Shown here: positions 24,961 through 38,252 of the stretch, one piece after another
Position numbering within the stretch: the stretch's first letter is position 1
Layout of the letters: every line of letters begins with the position of its first letter
Assembly: GCF_006345805.1 (NCBI RefSeq)
Contig: NC_043002.1
Coordinates: 107,570,001 to 107,634,000, forward strand
Source of the DNA: Octopus sinensis
Lineage: Eukaryota
Length of the DNA stretch: 64,000 bases
Reading direction: 5' to 3'
Program-made: the position numbers and the translations under genes
The notes under the pieces: model-generated
The model's database searches: none
The model's input: only the letters and a program-made list of their open reading frames with translations
Told to the model about the DNA's origin: nothing

Positions 24961-26115
24961 AAAGTTCTTTTTTTATCTAAAATATACTCTCCTTCATTTT
25001 CTACAAAATTCACTCTTCCAAAATTCACTTGTCCGTGACGAAAAATACTCCTCCAAGTACTGTTCTGTCCACGTTTACACAATTCATATTTTTTCCGTCC
25101 AAATGATTTTGAAGACTGTAGAATAAATGATAATCAGATGGGGCAATGTCCGGCGAATATGGTGGGTGGGGGCATAATTTCCCATTCAAACTGCTCCAGC
25201 CTTTGGAATGTTATCCTCGCTGTATGTGGCCGAGCCTTATCCTGATGGAAGAACACTTTTCGTCCTGAAGCCAAAGACGATCGTTTATCTTCTAGCGCTG
25301 ACTTGAACCGTTCAAGCTGCTCACAGTAGATCTTTTTATCATTTCATATCCCATCAAACAGGCAACAACACCTTATGTGGTTGAAGACCTTCTTTAGCCT
25401 GGAGTGCCAGTGTTTCTCCTTTTCCTACCACTGTCTTCGGTGCTTGGTATTTTTATAGAGAAATCATTTCTCGTCCCCAGTCACTATTCGGTTAAAAAAA
25501 GGTTCATTCGTGAGACGCGACCGCTAAGAAGAGCACACATTCACTTTCTGTGCGTGAGTAGACTCGGAAAGTTTGTGAGGAACCCATTGACCCAATTTCC
25601 TGATTTTCCTAATGACACGCAGGTGTCAATGAATGGTCGAATGACCAAATCCAAGCTTCTCTGCTAGTTCCTCAACAGTTACGATGGGATTTTGTTCCAC
25701 CAGGATTTGCAAGACATCGTCATCGAGATTTACAGATCTTCCTGGATGAGGCTCGTCTTCTAGGCTGTAGTTTCCGGCTCGAAATTTCTGAAACCACTAT
25801 TGACACAGGCTTATGCTTATTGTTCGATCCCATATACTGCATTAATATTCCTCGCACTTTCTGTTACGTTGTTGCCTTTATTGAACTCATAGAGCAAAAT
25901 ATGCGGGAAATATTCCTTTGTCCCTTCCATTACAGCTTTGAAAATATAACTGTTAAAATCGAACTGCACTCTTGAAAACTTGCACTAAGAATAAGGACAA
26001 GGTAAAATTACTACCCGCCTTTATAACAAGTTGATGCAGGTAGTTTATCCCATTCCTCTCCGATCTTTAGCTCATGCAATTGAAAAACCCGGATTATTTA
26101 TGGGATGACCCAATA
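24961..26115 (-). mobile_element. Mariner (DD34D) transposon, degenerate, one TIR lost
   Basis: Minus strand MEGTKEYFPHILLYEFNKGNN..., WVPHKL, IVTGDEK, HQDKARPHTA and a frameshifted YSPDIAPSD-like motif; TIR ttgggtcatcccataaataa at ~26095-26113 followed by TA. Confidence 0.9.
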
Positions 26116-26119
26116 TACA

Positions 26120-26155
<36 letters not shown>

Positions 26156-26219
26156 TATATTATATATATATATATATATATAATATATATTAAAATTGAA
26201 TCTAAGAGCTTGTCCTGAA

Positions 26220-26900
26220 GTCGCCTGAAACTCGAATCGTGAGACAAAGGATGAGAAATTACTATGAAGTGAATTTATGTATTGTGAGCCTGAAGTGCAT
26301 TGGGGTCGCACGTGACCCCGTCCTTGAATGAATTCTGAAGCTGATGTTAGGGTCGTTTGGGCAATACTGGGGATATATTCCCCATATTGCTCCAATTGAT
26401 GTAATGCAAATGGCAGGGGCTGGAGAGAATGAAGTTTTAATGTTTTTATATGTGTATACACACACACACGTATAACGCTATAGATATCATCTTTACAGAT
26501 GTCGAAATCCAGAACATTACTTTCACTAAATTTCTCTACAGACAGGGTCCAATAACGAGGGTCCAATGCCGAATGATTTGGGAGAATATGTTTCCCAAAG
26601 GATCTGACTTTACGAAAGCCATTAATGTTGGTTATTAAAAAGGAGAGAAATTCAAAAAGGTTTCGATCATCTTGGTACATTAGATGTAAGTGGTTAGAGG
26701 TGAATGACATTCCTGTGATAATTTTAAAGACTGGGGTATGTCCATATTGGGAAATTAAAGGGCTTGGTGAGGATAGGTCCTCGTCGCGGGGCGTCTTGTT
26801 TGAAAGCAATGGTAGTAATGTCGTCAGAGCCGATGCCTTTATCAGTTTGAAACGGTCTGAAGGATTTTCCTACAATACATAGGAATGGTTTGGGAAGAGA
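26220..26900 (-). mobile_element. Highly degenerate CR1-like LINE remnant
   Basis: LHSLQ then IWGIYPQYCPNDPNISFRIHSR resembles LYSLQ and HQHCPNDVGITFKVHPR of the 13.5-14.7 kb LINE. Confidence 0.4.
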
Positions 26901-26935
26901 TTTAGCTAGTTTGTATAAAATATAATGTAATATAG

Positions 26936-27321
26936 TAGTGGTACTCCGTCGCTTACGACGACGAGGGTTCCAGTTGATCCGATCAACGGATCAGCCTGTT
27001 CGTGAAATTAACGTGCAAGTGGCTGAGCACTCCACACACATGTGTACCCTTAACGTAGTCCTAAGGGAGATTCAGCATGACACAGTGTGTGACAAGGCTG
27101 GTCCTTTGAAATACAGGTACAATAGAAACAGGAAGAAAAAGTGAGAGAAAATTGTGGTGAAAGAGTAGAGTAGGGTTCGCCACCAACCCCTGCCGGAGCC
27201 TCGTGGAGCTTCAGGTATTTTCGCTCAATAAACACTCACAACGCCCGGTCTGGGAGTGAGTCGAAACCGCGATCCTACGACCGTGAGTTCGCAGCCCTAA
27301 CCACTGGGCCATTGCGCCTCC
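26936..27321 (-). mobile_element. SINE family C (tRNA-like head)
   Basis: Head ggaggcgcaatggcccagtggttaggg, B-box-like gtttcgactc, tail ggaaccctcgtcgtcgtaagcgacggagt. Confidence 0.88.
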
Positions 27322-27462
27322 AGGTTATAATAGAATGCGATAATATAATGAGCCAACAACCAAATAGATAAACATATTACATGAATTAATGTGGAAGGGA
27401 GCTTGGATACAGTCGTCCAATGCGCCGGGAGTAGCAGTTAAATCTCCCTAGCTACTCTATAC

Positions 27463-27651
27463 CTATTTCTTTATTACCCACAAGGGGCTAAACATAGAGG
27501 GGACAAACAAGGACAGACATAGGTATTAAGTCGATTACATCGACCCCAGTGCGGAACTGGTACTTAATTTATCGACCCCGAAAGGATGAAAGGCAAAGTC
27601 AACCTCGGCGGAACTTGAACTCACAACGTAGCGGCAGACGAAATACCGCTA
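27463..27651 (-). mobile_element. SINE family A, partial
   Basis: Body match; flanked by a near-identical gctactctatacct direct repeat. Confidence 0.8.
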
Positions 27652-27829
27652 AGCTACTCTATACCTGATGTGGAAGAAAAGACGGGATGGTCATAAATGG
27701 AAGCCATTTGATCAGGCTTCCAATGGACCAAATAAGAGCTGAGGCCAATCAACAACATATGTACAAACTTTCACCGTTTTTCTCACTTTCTCAATTTATG
27801 TTTAATCTTGCCCCCCCCCCATTACCAAC

Positions 27830-27860
<31 letters not shown>

Positions 27861-28097
27861 CAACAGCCACCACAACCATCATCATCATCATTATCGTCAT
27901 CACTACCATTGTAATTATTCCCCGGTCTCCATCACTCTCTTCATCATAAATATCGTCATCGCCACCATCACCATCACCACCATCGTCATCATTACACCCA
28001 TTACCCCCATCACTCTCCTCCTCCTCCCCTCTTCTTCTTCTCTTTCTTTTTCAATGTTGCCCCCTCGTCTTTCCTTCGTTCTGTCGCCCCTTCCTAC

Positions 28098-28135
<38 letters not shown>

Positions 28136-29079
28136 CTTGCCAGTCAGAGGTCAGCGGCTGGCCATTAAAATGTCCACTGGGCGGAGCAGAGGTGAAAAGG
28201 ACAAACAGATGTTCAGTAAACACTCGCCCCCACCTCTCCTTTTCCCCCTACCCTCACCTATTCTTGTCCCTTAGACATTGAAAAAGATGGAACGCGACCC
28301 CAATTCGCAGACGCAGTTTAGCCGCCAAGGCAGTCACAATCGAGCCGACCTATAATAAAAGGTGTTTCAGCCATGACCATCTCAACTGTTATCCTTCTTT
28401 AAGAGAGTAAATTATGATTTAAAAAAGTTTAGCTGCTATTTTTTCAACGTAGAATCCCCTCCAATAATCGATCTTCCATCAAGATCGATAATAGCTGCGA
28501 CCAGAGTCATCCAACCGTCACTGTCTGATACCACATTCTTTCAAAACGTAGTCTAAGACATCATGATCCAATGTATACTTGTATTCTTTTGAACGTGCGG
28601 TTTTCACGGACATCTTACTGCTGTTTCTAGCAGGCCATGAGACAGCTTGACAACCAGTGTTGGTTTGTTTACGTTCCCGCAACTTAGCAAAATAGACCGA
28701 GATCTATTCGTTCGACATCTGAGATCAATTCGTTCGACAAACAAAAAGCCTCTTCCAGGCGGTGCATGGCTGCAGTCTGATGACTGGAATAAGTAAAAGA
28801 TACAGAAAGCATCATTTCTATGTAGAGTACTCTCCATACAATAGGATCCAATTAAGGTGGTAGGTTGGTCGAATGTCTAAAGAATATTGCACAATATCTT
28901 GGAGATAGCTTTCTACATTCTGAATTGAAATACCATAAATCATACAATAACGAAAAACAAAAATAATTTATAGACATAGTAAAACTATGCTTAAACCACG
29001 GTGTACCCTGCGTCAGGGTTGGGGATTTGAAGATCTCTCGAAAAATCTTGTATTATAATTGAGCAAATGAAGGATCAGT

Positions 29080-29328
29080 GGAGGCGCGTGGCCTAGTGGT
29101 GAGGGTGTCAGCACCATGATCGTAAGATTGTGGTTTCGATTCCTGGATCGGGCGACGCGCTGTGTTCTTGAGCAAAACACTTCATTTCACGTTGCTCCAG
29201 TCCACTCAGCTGGCAAAAGTGAGTAATGTTGCGATGGACTGGCGCCCCATCCAGCTGGGGAACACATATGTCATAGAAACCAAGAAACCGGGCCCATGAG
29301 CTTGGCTAGGCTTCAAAAGGGCGCATTT
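29080..29328 (+). mobile_element. SINE sharing the family E central domain, with a different head and tail
   Basis: tggcctagtggt A-box-like, gtttcgattcc B-box-like, shared cttgagcaaaacactt...ctccagtccactcagctg, then gcgatggactggcgccccatcc. Confidence 0.75.
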
Positions 29329-29340
29329 ATTATATATATA

Positions 29341-29736
29341 CTAGCAGTATCGCCCGGCGTTGCTCGGATTTGTAAGGGAAATAACTATATAAGCATTTTT
29401 AGAGATGTAAGGTATAATAGCCATCTCAATATGGCTAACCACAAAGGGGGGGGGGTGTTACTGTAGCTTTTTACGTTCTGAGATTTAATAATAAATTTTT
29501 AGAGAGTTACTTCCCTTATATATGCCAAAAATGCATTAAAAATGGGAAAAAATGATGGTAAATTTTTTTTTAAATCGTAGACTCATCGTAGACGCGCGCT
29601 AATATCCAGAAGGGCTCGATATGAATCACGACTATAAGATACCCGGTTTTGGTTAAACTGCACCGCAAAATGTGGGAGTAGTTAGGAATCTAAATCGTAG
29701 GAGACAGACACACAACCTCACTTTTATATATAAAGA
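29341..29736 (-). mobile_element. Non-autonomous Helitron
   Basis: TC 5' end, subterminal hairpin and CTAG 3' end, A/T insertion site; near-identical to 35011-35405. Confidence 0.85.
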
Positions 29737-30072
29737 TATTTTTTTTAATGAAGGATCACTTACTCAGGATGTTTGTCTTCAATTCTGAGCGGTCGATTGA
29801 ATAAGATATAAATTATGTTGTTCATTCAATGGATTAATACTGGTCTACTGGTGACTTTTTTAGCAAAGGACTAAGGCTGAAAATACCGAAACGAACCCTA
29901 GAGCTGCTGTTTGTTTATTCACGTGATTAGTATTGCTTCCCAGTACCTTCGATGTCCAGGTATTCATTTCATATCGATAGAAGAACGAAGGTAAACAGAG
30001 ATGTACTCCATTGCGCACTGAAAAAAGAAAAATAACTGCTGAAACAATAACAAAAGCAACAACCACAACAAT

Positions 30073-30459
30073 TAAGGAGGAAGCACTCCGTCGGTTCCGA
30101 CGACGAGGGTTCCGGTTGATCCGATCAAACGGAACAGCCTGCTCGTGAAATTAACGTGTAAGTGGCTGAGCACTGCACAGACACGTGTACCCTTAACGTA
30201 GTTCTCGGGGATATTCAGCGTGACACAGAGAGTGACAAGGCCGGCCCTTTGAAATACAGGTACAACAGAAACAGGAAGTAAGAGTGAGAGAAAGTTGTGG
30301 TGAAAGAGTACAGCAGGGATCACCACCATCCCTGCCGGAGCCTCGTGGAGCTTTAGGTGTTTTCGCTCAATAAACACTCACAACGCCCGGTCTGGGAATC
30401 GAAACTGCGATCCTACGACCGCTAGTCCGCTGCCCTAACCACTGGACCATTGCGCCTCC
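30073..30459 (-). mobile_element. SINE family C with 14-bp TSD
   Basis: Flanks acaaccacaacaat at 30059-30072 and 30460-30473. Confidence 0.92.
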
Positions 30460-30502
30460 ACAACCACAACAATAATAATTATAACAATAATAATAAAATA
30501 AA

Positions 30503-30900
30503 CGCAGGAGTGGCTGTGTGGTAAGTAGCTTGCTAACCAACCACATGGTTCCGGGTTCAGTCCTACTGCGTGGCATCTTGGGCAAGTGTCTTCTGCTATA
30601 GCGCCGGGCCGACCAATGCCTTGTGAGTGGATTTGGTAGACGGAAACTGAAAGAAGCCTGTCGTATATATGTATATATATGTGTGTTTGTGTGTCTGTGT
30701 TTGTCCCCCTAGCATTGCTTGACAACCGATGCTGGTGTGTTTATGTTCCCGTCACTTAGCGGTTCGGCAAAATACACCGATAGAGTAAGTACTGGGCTTA
30801 CAAAGAATAAGTCCCGGGGTCGAGTTTGCTCGACTAAAGGCGGTTCTCCAGCACGGCCGGAGTCAAATGACTGAAACAAGTAAAAGAGTAAAAGAGTAAA
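30503..30900 (+). mobile_element. SINE family B
   Basis: Full head, SSR and tail match to 4589-5006. Confidence 0.9.
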
Positions 30901-31217
30901 TAAATATAGTATATATTTGTGATGGTTTGTTAAATAGAAGAAATAGCTCTCGTTTCAGCTGGAGTGTTTTAATTTTCCAATGGAGTTCTCGGCATAAGTA
31001 TGTTTAACTTCAATATGTTGAGTTTCTATGAATTCTCACATACCCGAAAGATACCCGTCCAAGAATACAGGAATTGTATGAATAGTTGGTACTAACTTTC
31101 GAAAGTACTCTAAGTGTTTCCCCGAAGACACATGTGGAGTCTGTTGTTGTTGTTGTTGTTATTGTTCTCGAAACGTGTGAATGCATTTTTGTATATGTAT
31201 GTATGTGTGTGTGTATG

Positions 31218-31248
<31 letters not shown>

Positions 31249-31341
31249 GTTGTGTGTGTGTGTGTGTGTGTGTGTGTGAGTATGCGTGAGTGTGTATGTG
31301 TGTCTGTATAGAAAGTTAGATTAGCAGTTACATATGTATTT

Positions 31342-31372
<31 letters not shown>

Positions 31373-31559
31373 CACACACACACACACAAAGAGTCACAGT
31401 TATGCCAATTTGTAAGGAACGCTATAAACTAAAACCACAAGACATTATCTGAAACAGGTTCGCGATCTTGCTTATTGCTGTTTCCGTTTCCGGTTCTCTG
31501 TTTCTTTTTTTTATCATTGTTATTAGTTTTCTTTTTACTGCCATAGAAACGCTGGCAAA

Positions 31560-31594
31560 AGCACAGGAACAACAACAACAACAACAACAACAAT

Positions 31595-31644
<50 letters not shown>

Positions 31645-32325
31645 CAGCAGCAGTAGTAGTAGTAGTAGTAGTAGTAGTAATAGTAGTAGTAATAGTAGTA
31701 GTAATAGTTGCTGTTGCAGTTGTTGTTGTTTAGCCCCAGGCCAGCCTTCCCACCGAGCAAGAATCCAACCGAGACCATTCCATGTATTTTCCCGATGAGC
31801 ATCAGTCTTCTGTCCCCATCCTCTCAAATGGATTTCTTCAGAAGATCCGAGCAAGATTTTCCTCTTCTTTTTTATTTTAATATAGAAATAGTTTTGGTTG
31901 TTTTCCTTGCTGGTTTCACTTTCGTTGCCGCCGCCGCCGCCGCCGTCGTCGTTGTCGTCGTCCTCCTCCTTCCCCTCCTCCTTCTTCTCTCTTCCTCCTC
32001 TCCTTCTCCTTCTTCTCACTTCCTCCTTCTCTCTTCCTCCTTCTCCCCTCCTCCTTCTTCTTCTACTTCTTCCCCTCTTCCTTCTTCTACTTCTTCCCCC
32101 TCCTCCTCCTCTCTCTCCTTCTCTCTTCCCCCTCCTTCTCTCTCTCCCCTCCCCCTCCTCATTCTTCTTCTACTTTTTCTCCTCCTTCTCACTTCCTCCC
32201 CCTCCTCCCCCTCCTCCTCCTCCTTCTTCTTCTTCTTCTTCTCCTTCTTCTTCTTCTTCTTCTTCTTCTCTTCTTCTCTTCTTCTTCTTCTTCTTCTTCT
32301 TCTTCTTCTTCTTCTTCTTCTTCCC
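31560..32325. repeat. Compound trinucleotide and pyrimidine-rich low-complexity tract (AAC/AGC/TAG, then CCT/CTT)
   Basis: Direct reading; source of the poly-L/S/E/R ORFs. Confidence 0.9.
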
Positions 32326-32559
32326 CACTCGATATAAACGAAACAGCCGAGACACATGAAATACTTGTTCTTGCGAGTAAAGCAACGTCAGAATTATTGA
32401 GATGCGCCGACCTTAGACATTCCCCAAAACGAGTAACTTCCTCTTCGTACGATTTACTTTCTCCGACAATGAAGACGAAACACTTGTTATAATGATTCTT
32501 GGAATAGTTTCTCCCGCCAGGAAAGAGATGTTGGACCTTGCATCCGTAATTATTATCAT

Positions 32560-32920
32560 TCGCTGAATCGTTTGCGCGTCGGAGAAAAAGCTTGGCGGTA
32601 TTTCCTTCGTCTAGCAGAATCGTTAGCACTATTCCTTCGGCTAGCAGAATCGGCGGCGAGCTAGCAGAATCGTTAGCACGTCGGGCGAAATGCTTAGCGG
32701 TATTTCGGCTGCCGTTACGTTGTGAGTTCAAATTCCGCCGTGGTCGAGTTTGCCTTTCATCCTTTCGGGGTCGATAAATTAAGTACCAGTTAAGCACTGG
32801 GGTCGATATAATCGACTTAATACCTATGTCTGTCCATGTTTGTCCCATCTATGTTTAGCCCCTTGTGGGTAATAAAGAAATAGGTATTTCCTTCGGCTCT
32901 CCACGCTCTGAGTTCATAGC
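32560..32920 (+). mobile_element. SINE family A with reiterated head motif
   Basis: ctagcagaatcg occurs three times before the body; a partial second body unit follows. Confidence 0.8.
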
Positions 32921-33009
32921 CCGCCGTGGATAAAATAAAGTTCAATTCCAAGAACCCTAATCGATGCAATCCTAAAATTACCGTCCTCGTGTTACAACTT
33001 ATTGATATG

Positions 33010-33243
33010 GTGATACCTTGGCTATCACGGATGTTACGTTCCAAAACTCCCTGCGTTCGGTGAAAATCCGCGAAGTAGAAACAGTACTGTATATTTTTTT
33101 AAAAATTAATTTTATAATTTGTAAATATTTATTTTATTATAAATGCAGATGAATCGACGTTAGCTTAAATAATAAACCGCGATAGGTGAACCGCGATAGG
33201 TGAATCACGGTAGGTGAATCGCGATATGGCGAGAGATTTACTG
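33010..33243 (+). mobile_element. Tigger/pogo-like MITE
   Basis: 3' TIR atcgcgatatggcgagagatttactg followed by TA; degenerate 5' TIR; same body as 1417-1616. Confidence 0.7.
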
Positions 33244-33631
33244 TATTTCGAAAGTTTTTATATCTCACTCCTATGATGGAATTTGGTGAGTCTACTCTTG
33301 GATAACAAGCCACCAATTTGGGAACTCAGCCATCCAAGAAGTTTCGGCTGATTTCCGCTGTTCCTAATAAGCAGGTTAGTTACATGTATTCTATGCGCTT
33401 CTCCAAACCAATACTTTCTCTCTGCTCCTTAAGCCCTTTCTCCGTCGTCCCTAAGGCTCCATTGACAATTGGTACGACTTCACCTTTTCTGCAACCCCCA
33501 CAATCTGTTTATCTCTTTCTCTTCAGGTCCCCGTATATATCTACCTTGTTGATTTCGTTTCCTTGTCATCTTGTATCAAATAGACAGACTTCATCAATTA
33601 GGAAGAACGTTTCATCTTAGTGTTATATATT

Positions 33632-34934
33632 CAGGGTGCGATGGGTAAATTGTCACCATTTTATATTTTTAATTTCGCGCCTAAGCATTGTTTATTTTTG
33701 ATTTTGTCGGCTACACGGTATAGTAGGGTCAGTTGTGCACCGTCTGTGAGAAAAATAGTACCATGACACAATTCATTCTGCCAGAAATTTGGAAACGACA
33801 TGCTGTACTGCTTGGCATTCGCGCCAGAAGCTTCAAAACGAACGTTTCAGAGTGTTTGGGTATCAATCTGAGGACAGTGCAGACGATTCGGAAAGAGTTG
33901 AATGAGTCTAATAGTGATTACGAAGGTACAGCAGCTCGGAAAACTCACTCTGATCGTCCTGATAAGAAAAGAACTCCTGCATTTGTTGGTCAGATCCAGA
34001 CTGTGATTGACAATGATCCCTCCAAGCCAGTTAGAACCATCTCCTGGGACATGGAAGTGTCTCAGTTTCTTATCAGACAGGTAGTGCATGAAGACATTCG
34101 GTATTCCTCATACAAAATGGGAAAAGGCCAATTTTTATGCCAAGCCATTAAGGAAAAGAGGGAAGACCGCACTGCGAAGCTTTTGAAGAAACTCAAGCAT
34201 CCACTCTGACCGAACATGCTTTGGTTTTTCTCAGACGAGAAAATTCTCTACCAGAACCAGATGATGAAAACACAGAACAGCCACTAGCTTGCCCTGTCCC
34301 CAAAACATGTACCGAGAGTGATAAAAATCAAACATCCAATCAACATCATGGTGTTTATAGTGATCACTAATGATGGTGACGTTATGCCTCCATTCATCTT
34401 CCCACATGGCCTCAGACTCAACACAGAGGCCTACATCAAGTGCCTGGAGGAAGTAGTGCTGCCCTGGTTAAGAAGGTGGTTGCTGGAAGACCCTATGTCT
34501 GGCAATAGGGTTCTGCACCATGCCACACAAGCAGGAAAACCCAGTCATGGCTGTCAGACAATTTCTGCAACCACATCACACTTAACATCTGGCCACCTAA
34601 CTCCCCAGACAGCAACCCCCTTGATTATTATGAGTGGGGCGCAGTTGAGCGAGAGACCAACAAAACCCCTTGTAACACCAAAGATGAACTGAAGGCAAGG
34701 ATTATGATAGCATTCACCAGCTTAAACAAGGAGACCACCCATAAGAGTTGTAGGAGATTCCGAAGTCCTCTGAAGGCCGTGGTTGAAGCCAATGGCGATT
34801 TTATTGAATAAATGTACTCTTTAGTATTTCAAGATATTTTTGTGTAATTTTGGTAAATATACCAATTAATATGCGATGTCAGTGTTATTTTCATTTTTGC
34901 TTAATTTAGACGACAATTTATTGACCGCACCCTG
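33632..34934 (+). mobile_element. Tc1/mariner transposon, DD37D (maT-like), near full length, inactive
   Basis: TIRs cagggtgcgatgggtaaattgtc / gacaatttattgaccgcaccctg; transposase MTQFILPEIW...WFFSDEK...(QD)SAPCHTS...WPPNSPDSNPLDY with 37 residues from the inferred second Asp to the third; stops and frameshift present. Confidence 0.92.
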
Positions 34935-35010
34935 TGTGTGTGTGTGTGTCTGTGTGTATGTGTGTATGTGTGTGTGTATGTGTCTATGTGTGTTTATACA
35001 TATATATATA

Positions 35011-35405
35011 TCTTTATATATAAAAGTAAGGTTGTGTGTGTCTGTCTCCTACGATTTAGATTCCTAACTACTCCCACATTTTGCGGTGCCGTTTAACCAA
35101 AACCGGGTATCTTATAGTCGTGATTCATATCGAGCCCTTCTGGGTACTAGCGCGCGTCTACGATGAGTCTACGATTTTAAAAATAATTTACCATCAATTT
35201 TTCCCATTTTTAATGCATTTTTGGCATATATAAGGGAAGTAACTCTCTAAAAATTTATTATTAAATCTCAGAACATAAAAAGCTACAGTAACACCCCCCC
35301 TTTGTGGTTAGCCATATTGAGATGGCTATTATACTTTACATCTCTAAAAATGCTTATATAGTTATTTCCCTTACAAACCCGAGCAACGCCGGGCGATACT
35401 GCTAG
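35011..35405 (+). mobile_element. Non-autonomous Helitron
   Basis: A|TCTTTATATATAAAAG ... cccgagcaacgccgggcgatactgCTAG|T. Confidence 0.88.
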
Positions 35406-35752
35406 TATATATACTAGTATATATACTTGCGAGGCGCTACCTATATCTATTAAACAAAGGAAGATTTGTCTGCATCCGCACTCCAAGTTGTTGTTGCACT
35501 GCTATGTCAACATCATTAGGCTATAGACTCTCAAACCGCTCTGCAAACAAAGTTACGTCATCGTTCTGCGCAACAGTGAACTCGCAACAAAGCAATAGTT
35601 CGAGATATGGCCACTAGGTGACAGCAAATACCTTGAGTGAAGAGCAAATCAAGGGTGCTAATTAATTTCTGACGGTAGTGTATATATATATGTTTGTGTG
35701 CGTGTATTGCGTTACATATATGTATGTATGTGTGTGTATGTGTGTATGTATA

Positions 35753-37215
35753 CGAGGGTTGGGTGAAAAGTTCATAGACTGATTATGAAGGAGTGATGCT
35801 AGAGGTTTGAGATCTTGCAGGCATTAACATCAACTCTTCTTATTAATAGCTGCATTATTTCTTCCTGGGTAAAGTGACATTTAACTATTCAAAGAACACT
35901 TCAAATGTATCTGGTAGCGACTTCACTTGTAGATGGGCAAAATTTGGTATCATGCTGTAATCAAGTACCTGTTAAAAAAAAGGGTCTAGCCCCCAAGGAT
36001 ATTCATACAGATATGCTTGCTACATTAAAAGATGACATTTCAGCTTTATCAACAGTGTCACAGTAACTAAATTTTGAAGGAGGAGGAAGAGTCTTGAAGA
36101 TGTCCCAAGGTCTGGACGTCCTGTTACTGCCACCACTGAAAAAGAATATTGATCATGTTCACCCCAATCAAATAGCAAACGCTACTAACATATCCAGCGG
36201 AAGAGTTAAGAATATTCTGCGCAATGAACTTTGCATGAGAAAGGTTTCTGCTCGGTGGGTGTTACGTATTCTGACATCTGATCAAAAGCGTACCAGGCTG
36301 ATCACATCACGGTAAAAATCTGACATTATTTTTATAATTTGTAAATATTTATTCTATTATAAATGCAGATGAATCGACGTTAGCTTAAATAATAAACCGC
36401 GATAGGTGAACCGCGATAGGTGAATCACGATAGGTGAATCGCGATATGGCGAGAGATTTACTGTATTTCGAAAGTTTTTGTATCTCACTCCTATGAGAGT
36501 GCACCTTTCTTAACCCAAGATGAGTGTTAGGTTCGTTATTGAGCCAGAGACAAAGAGACAATCCATGCGGTAGAAACACCCTTCTTCTCCAAAGAAGGCC
36601 AAGGTCATTTCATCTGCAAGGAAAGAGACAACTTCAGTTTTTTGAGGTGCAAAAATCATTGTGTTTATTGACTATCTCCAGAAGGGTCATACCATCAACG
36701 GAGAGTACTAGGCGAACTTGCTGAGGCAGTTAGGGAAGGCTTATTAATACCAAACGACCAGGAAAACTGACGGTAAGGGCTTTGTTTCACCAGGACAATG
36801 CTCCAACACACAAATCCTTGGTTGAAATGACAGCTGTGCGTCGCTGTGGCCTTTGAACTAGTTGACTAAACTCTCCGTTCTCCTGCTTTGACCTCATCTG
36901 AATCTCATCTGTTCACGAAGAAGGAAAAACACTTGGCTGCGAACCAGTATCGCTTATCGTCATATCGTCAGATGACGTCATATCGTCATATTACGTCATA
37001 TCGTCATATTACGTCATATAGTCATATGACGTCATATGACGTCATATCGACTGTTGATACCCATCTGGATGAAAGCTTCTTCACCAATGAGATCCAAGTT
37101 ACTGCAACAGCGATGGAAGAAGTGTGTGAACTGCAAAGGGGACAATGTTGGAAATTAAACCTTATTTTGTCACATTCCATGAGAATGTTTGAAACTTTTC
37201 AGCCGAACCCCATCA
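35753..37215 (+). mobile_element. Mariner (DD34D-type) transposon, degenerate, with internal insertion
   Basis: TIRs cgagggttgggtgaaaagttc / aaacttttcagccgaacccc; SLEDVPRSGRP, KVSARWVLRIL, FLTQDE, FHQDNAPTHKS, RSPALTSSE motifs. Confidence 0.88.
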
Positions 37216-37216
37216 T

Positions 37217-37249
<33 letters not shown>

Positions 37250-37251
37250 GT

Positions 37252-37316
<65 letters not shown>

Positions 37317-37377
37317 ATAGATAGACAGACAGACAGGTAGGTAGATAGATCGATAGATAGACAGACAGACAGGTAGG

Positions 37378-37421
<44 letters not shown>

Positions 37422-37500
37422 CTGATAGGTAAGTAGGTAGGTAGGTAGGTAGGTAGGTAGGTAGGTAGGTAGGTTGGTAGATAGATAGATAGATAGATTA
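37250..37500. repeat. (GATA)n/(GACA)n/(GGTA)n microsatellite
   Basis: Direct reading. Confidence 0.95.
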
Positions 37501-37631
37501 GATAGTGCTTTTCGTGGCTATTTAGTTGTTTTGACTCTTATTTCTAGCAATACTGGTGCTGATTGGTGCCTTTTCTTCAGTTTACTGACGTATATATTTC
37601 TGCCTTTAGGTTGAAAAATTGCGAATAAGCC

Positions 37632-37662
<31 letters not shown>

Positions 37663-37801
37663 AGTGAAGGAGAGACGGTGTAGTGTGTGTGAGTGTGTGA
37701 GAGAGAGAGAGAGAGGGGAGAGTGAAAGAGGGAGAAGGTGTAGAGTGCGTGTGTGTGTGTGAAAGAGAGGGGAGAGAGTGAAAAAGAAGGTGTAGAGTGT
37801 A

Positions 37802-37839
<38 letters not shown>

Positions 37840-38252
37840 CAAATGTAAAAAAAAAAAGGAAAAGTGAGTGGATGGAAGAAGAAGAAGGAAGGAGAGAAAG
37901 AAGCCTGGAGCTGCGATTGTTGGAAGTGGTTAGTTTTATGTTGTTTCAAACTCGACTCTAATTATCGTGACACAAAAGCTTCAGGTTTAATGAGAATTAC
38001 ATGTAAATCTTTCAGGATTTTGCTGTATTTTTTGTATAATATAATTTCATCAGTTTCTAATTAAGTTTTTATGGTTATCATCAAACTGTTCAGTGCAGGC
38101 GGCAGACACGGGTCTCATTGATTTATAAGTCATCAAGAGTAACTACGGAAGGCCATGAAGGACATAATTAAAACTGTGTATCGGTTCATTGCCGAATACT
38201 TGCCCTCTTTAAATAACTTGCATTATTGAATGTCATTGTTATATCAATAACT

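Noticed and set aside
37960-38180. Homeodomain-type motifs (TTTATGG, TGATTTAT, TAATTA) as a developmental enhancer
   Set aside because: Such AT-rich words are expected by chance here; no conservation data available.
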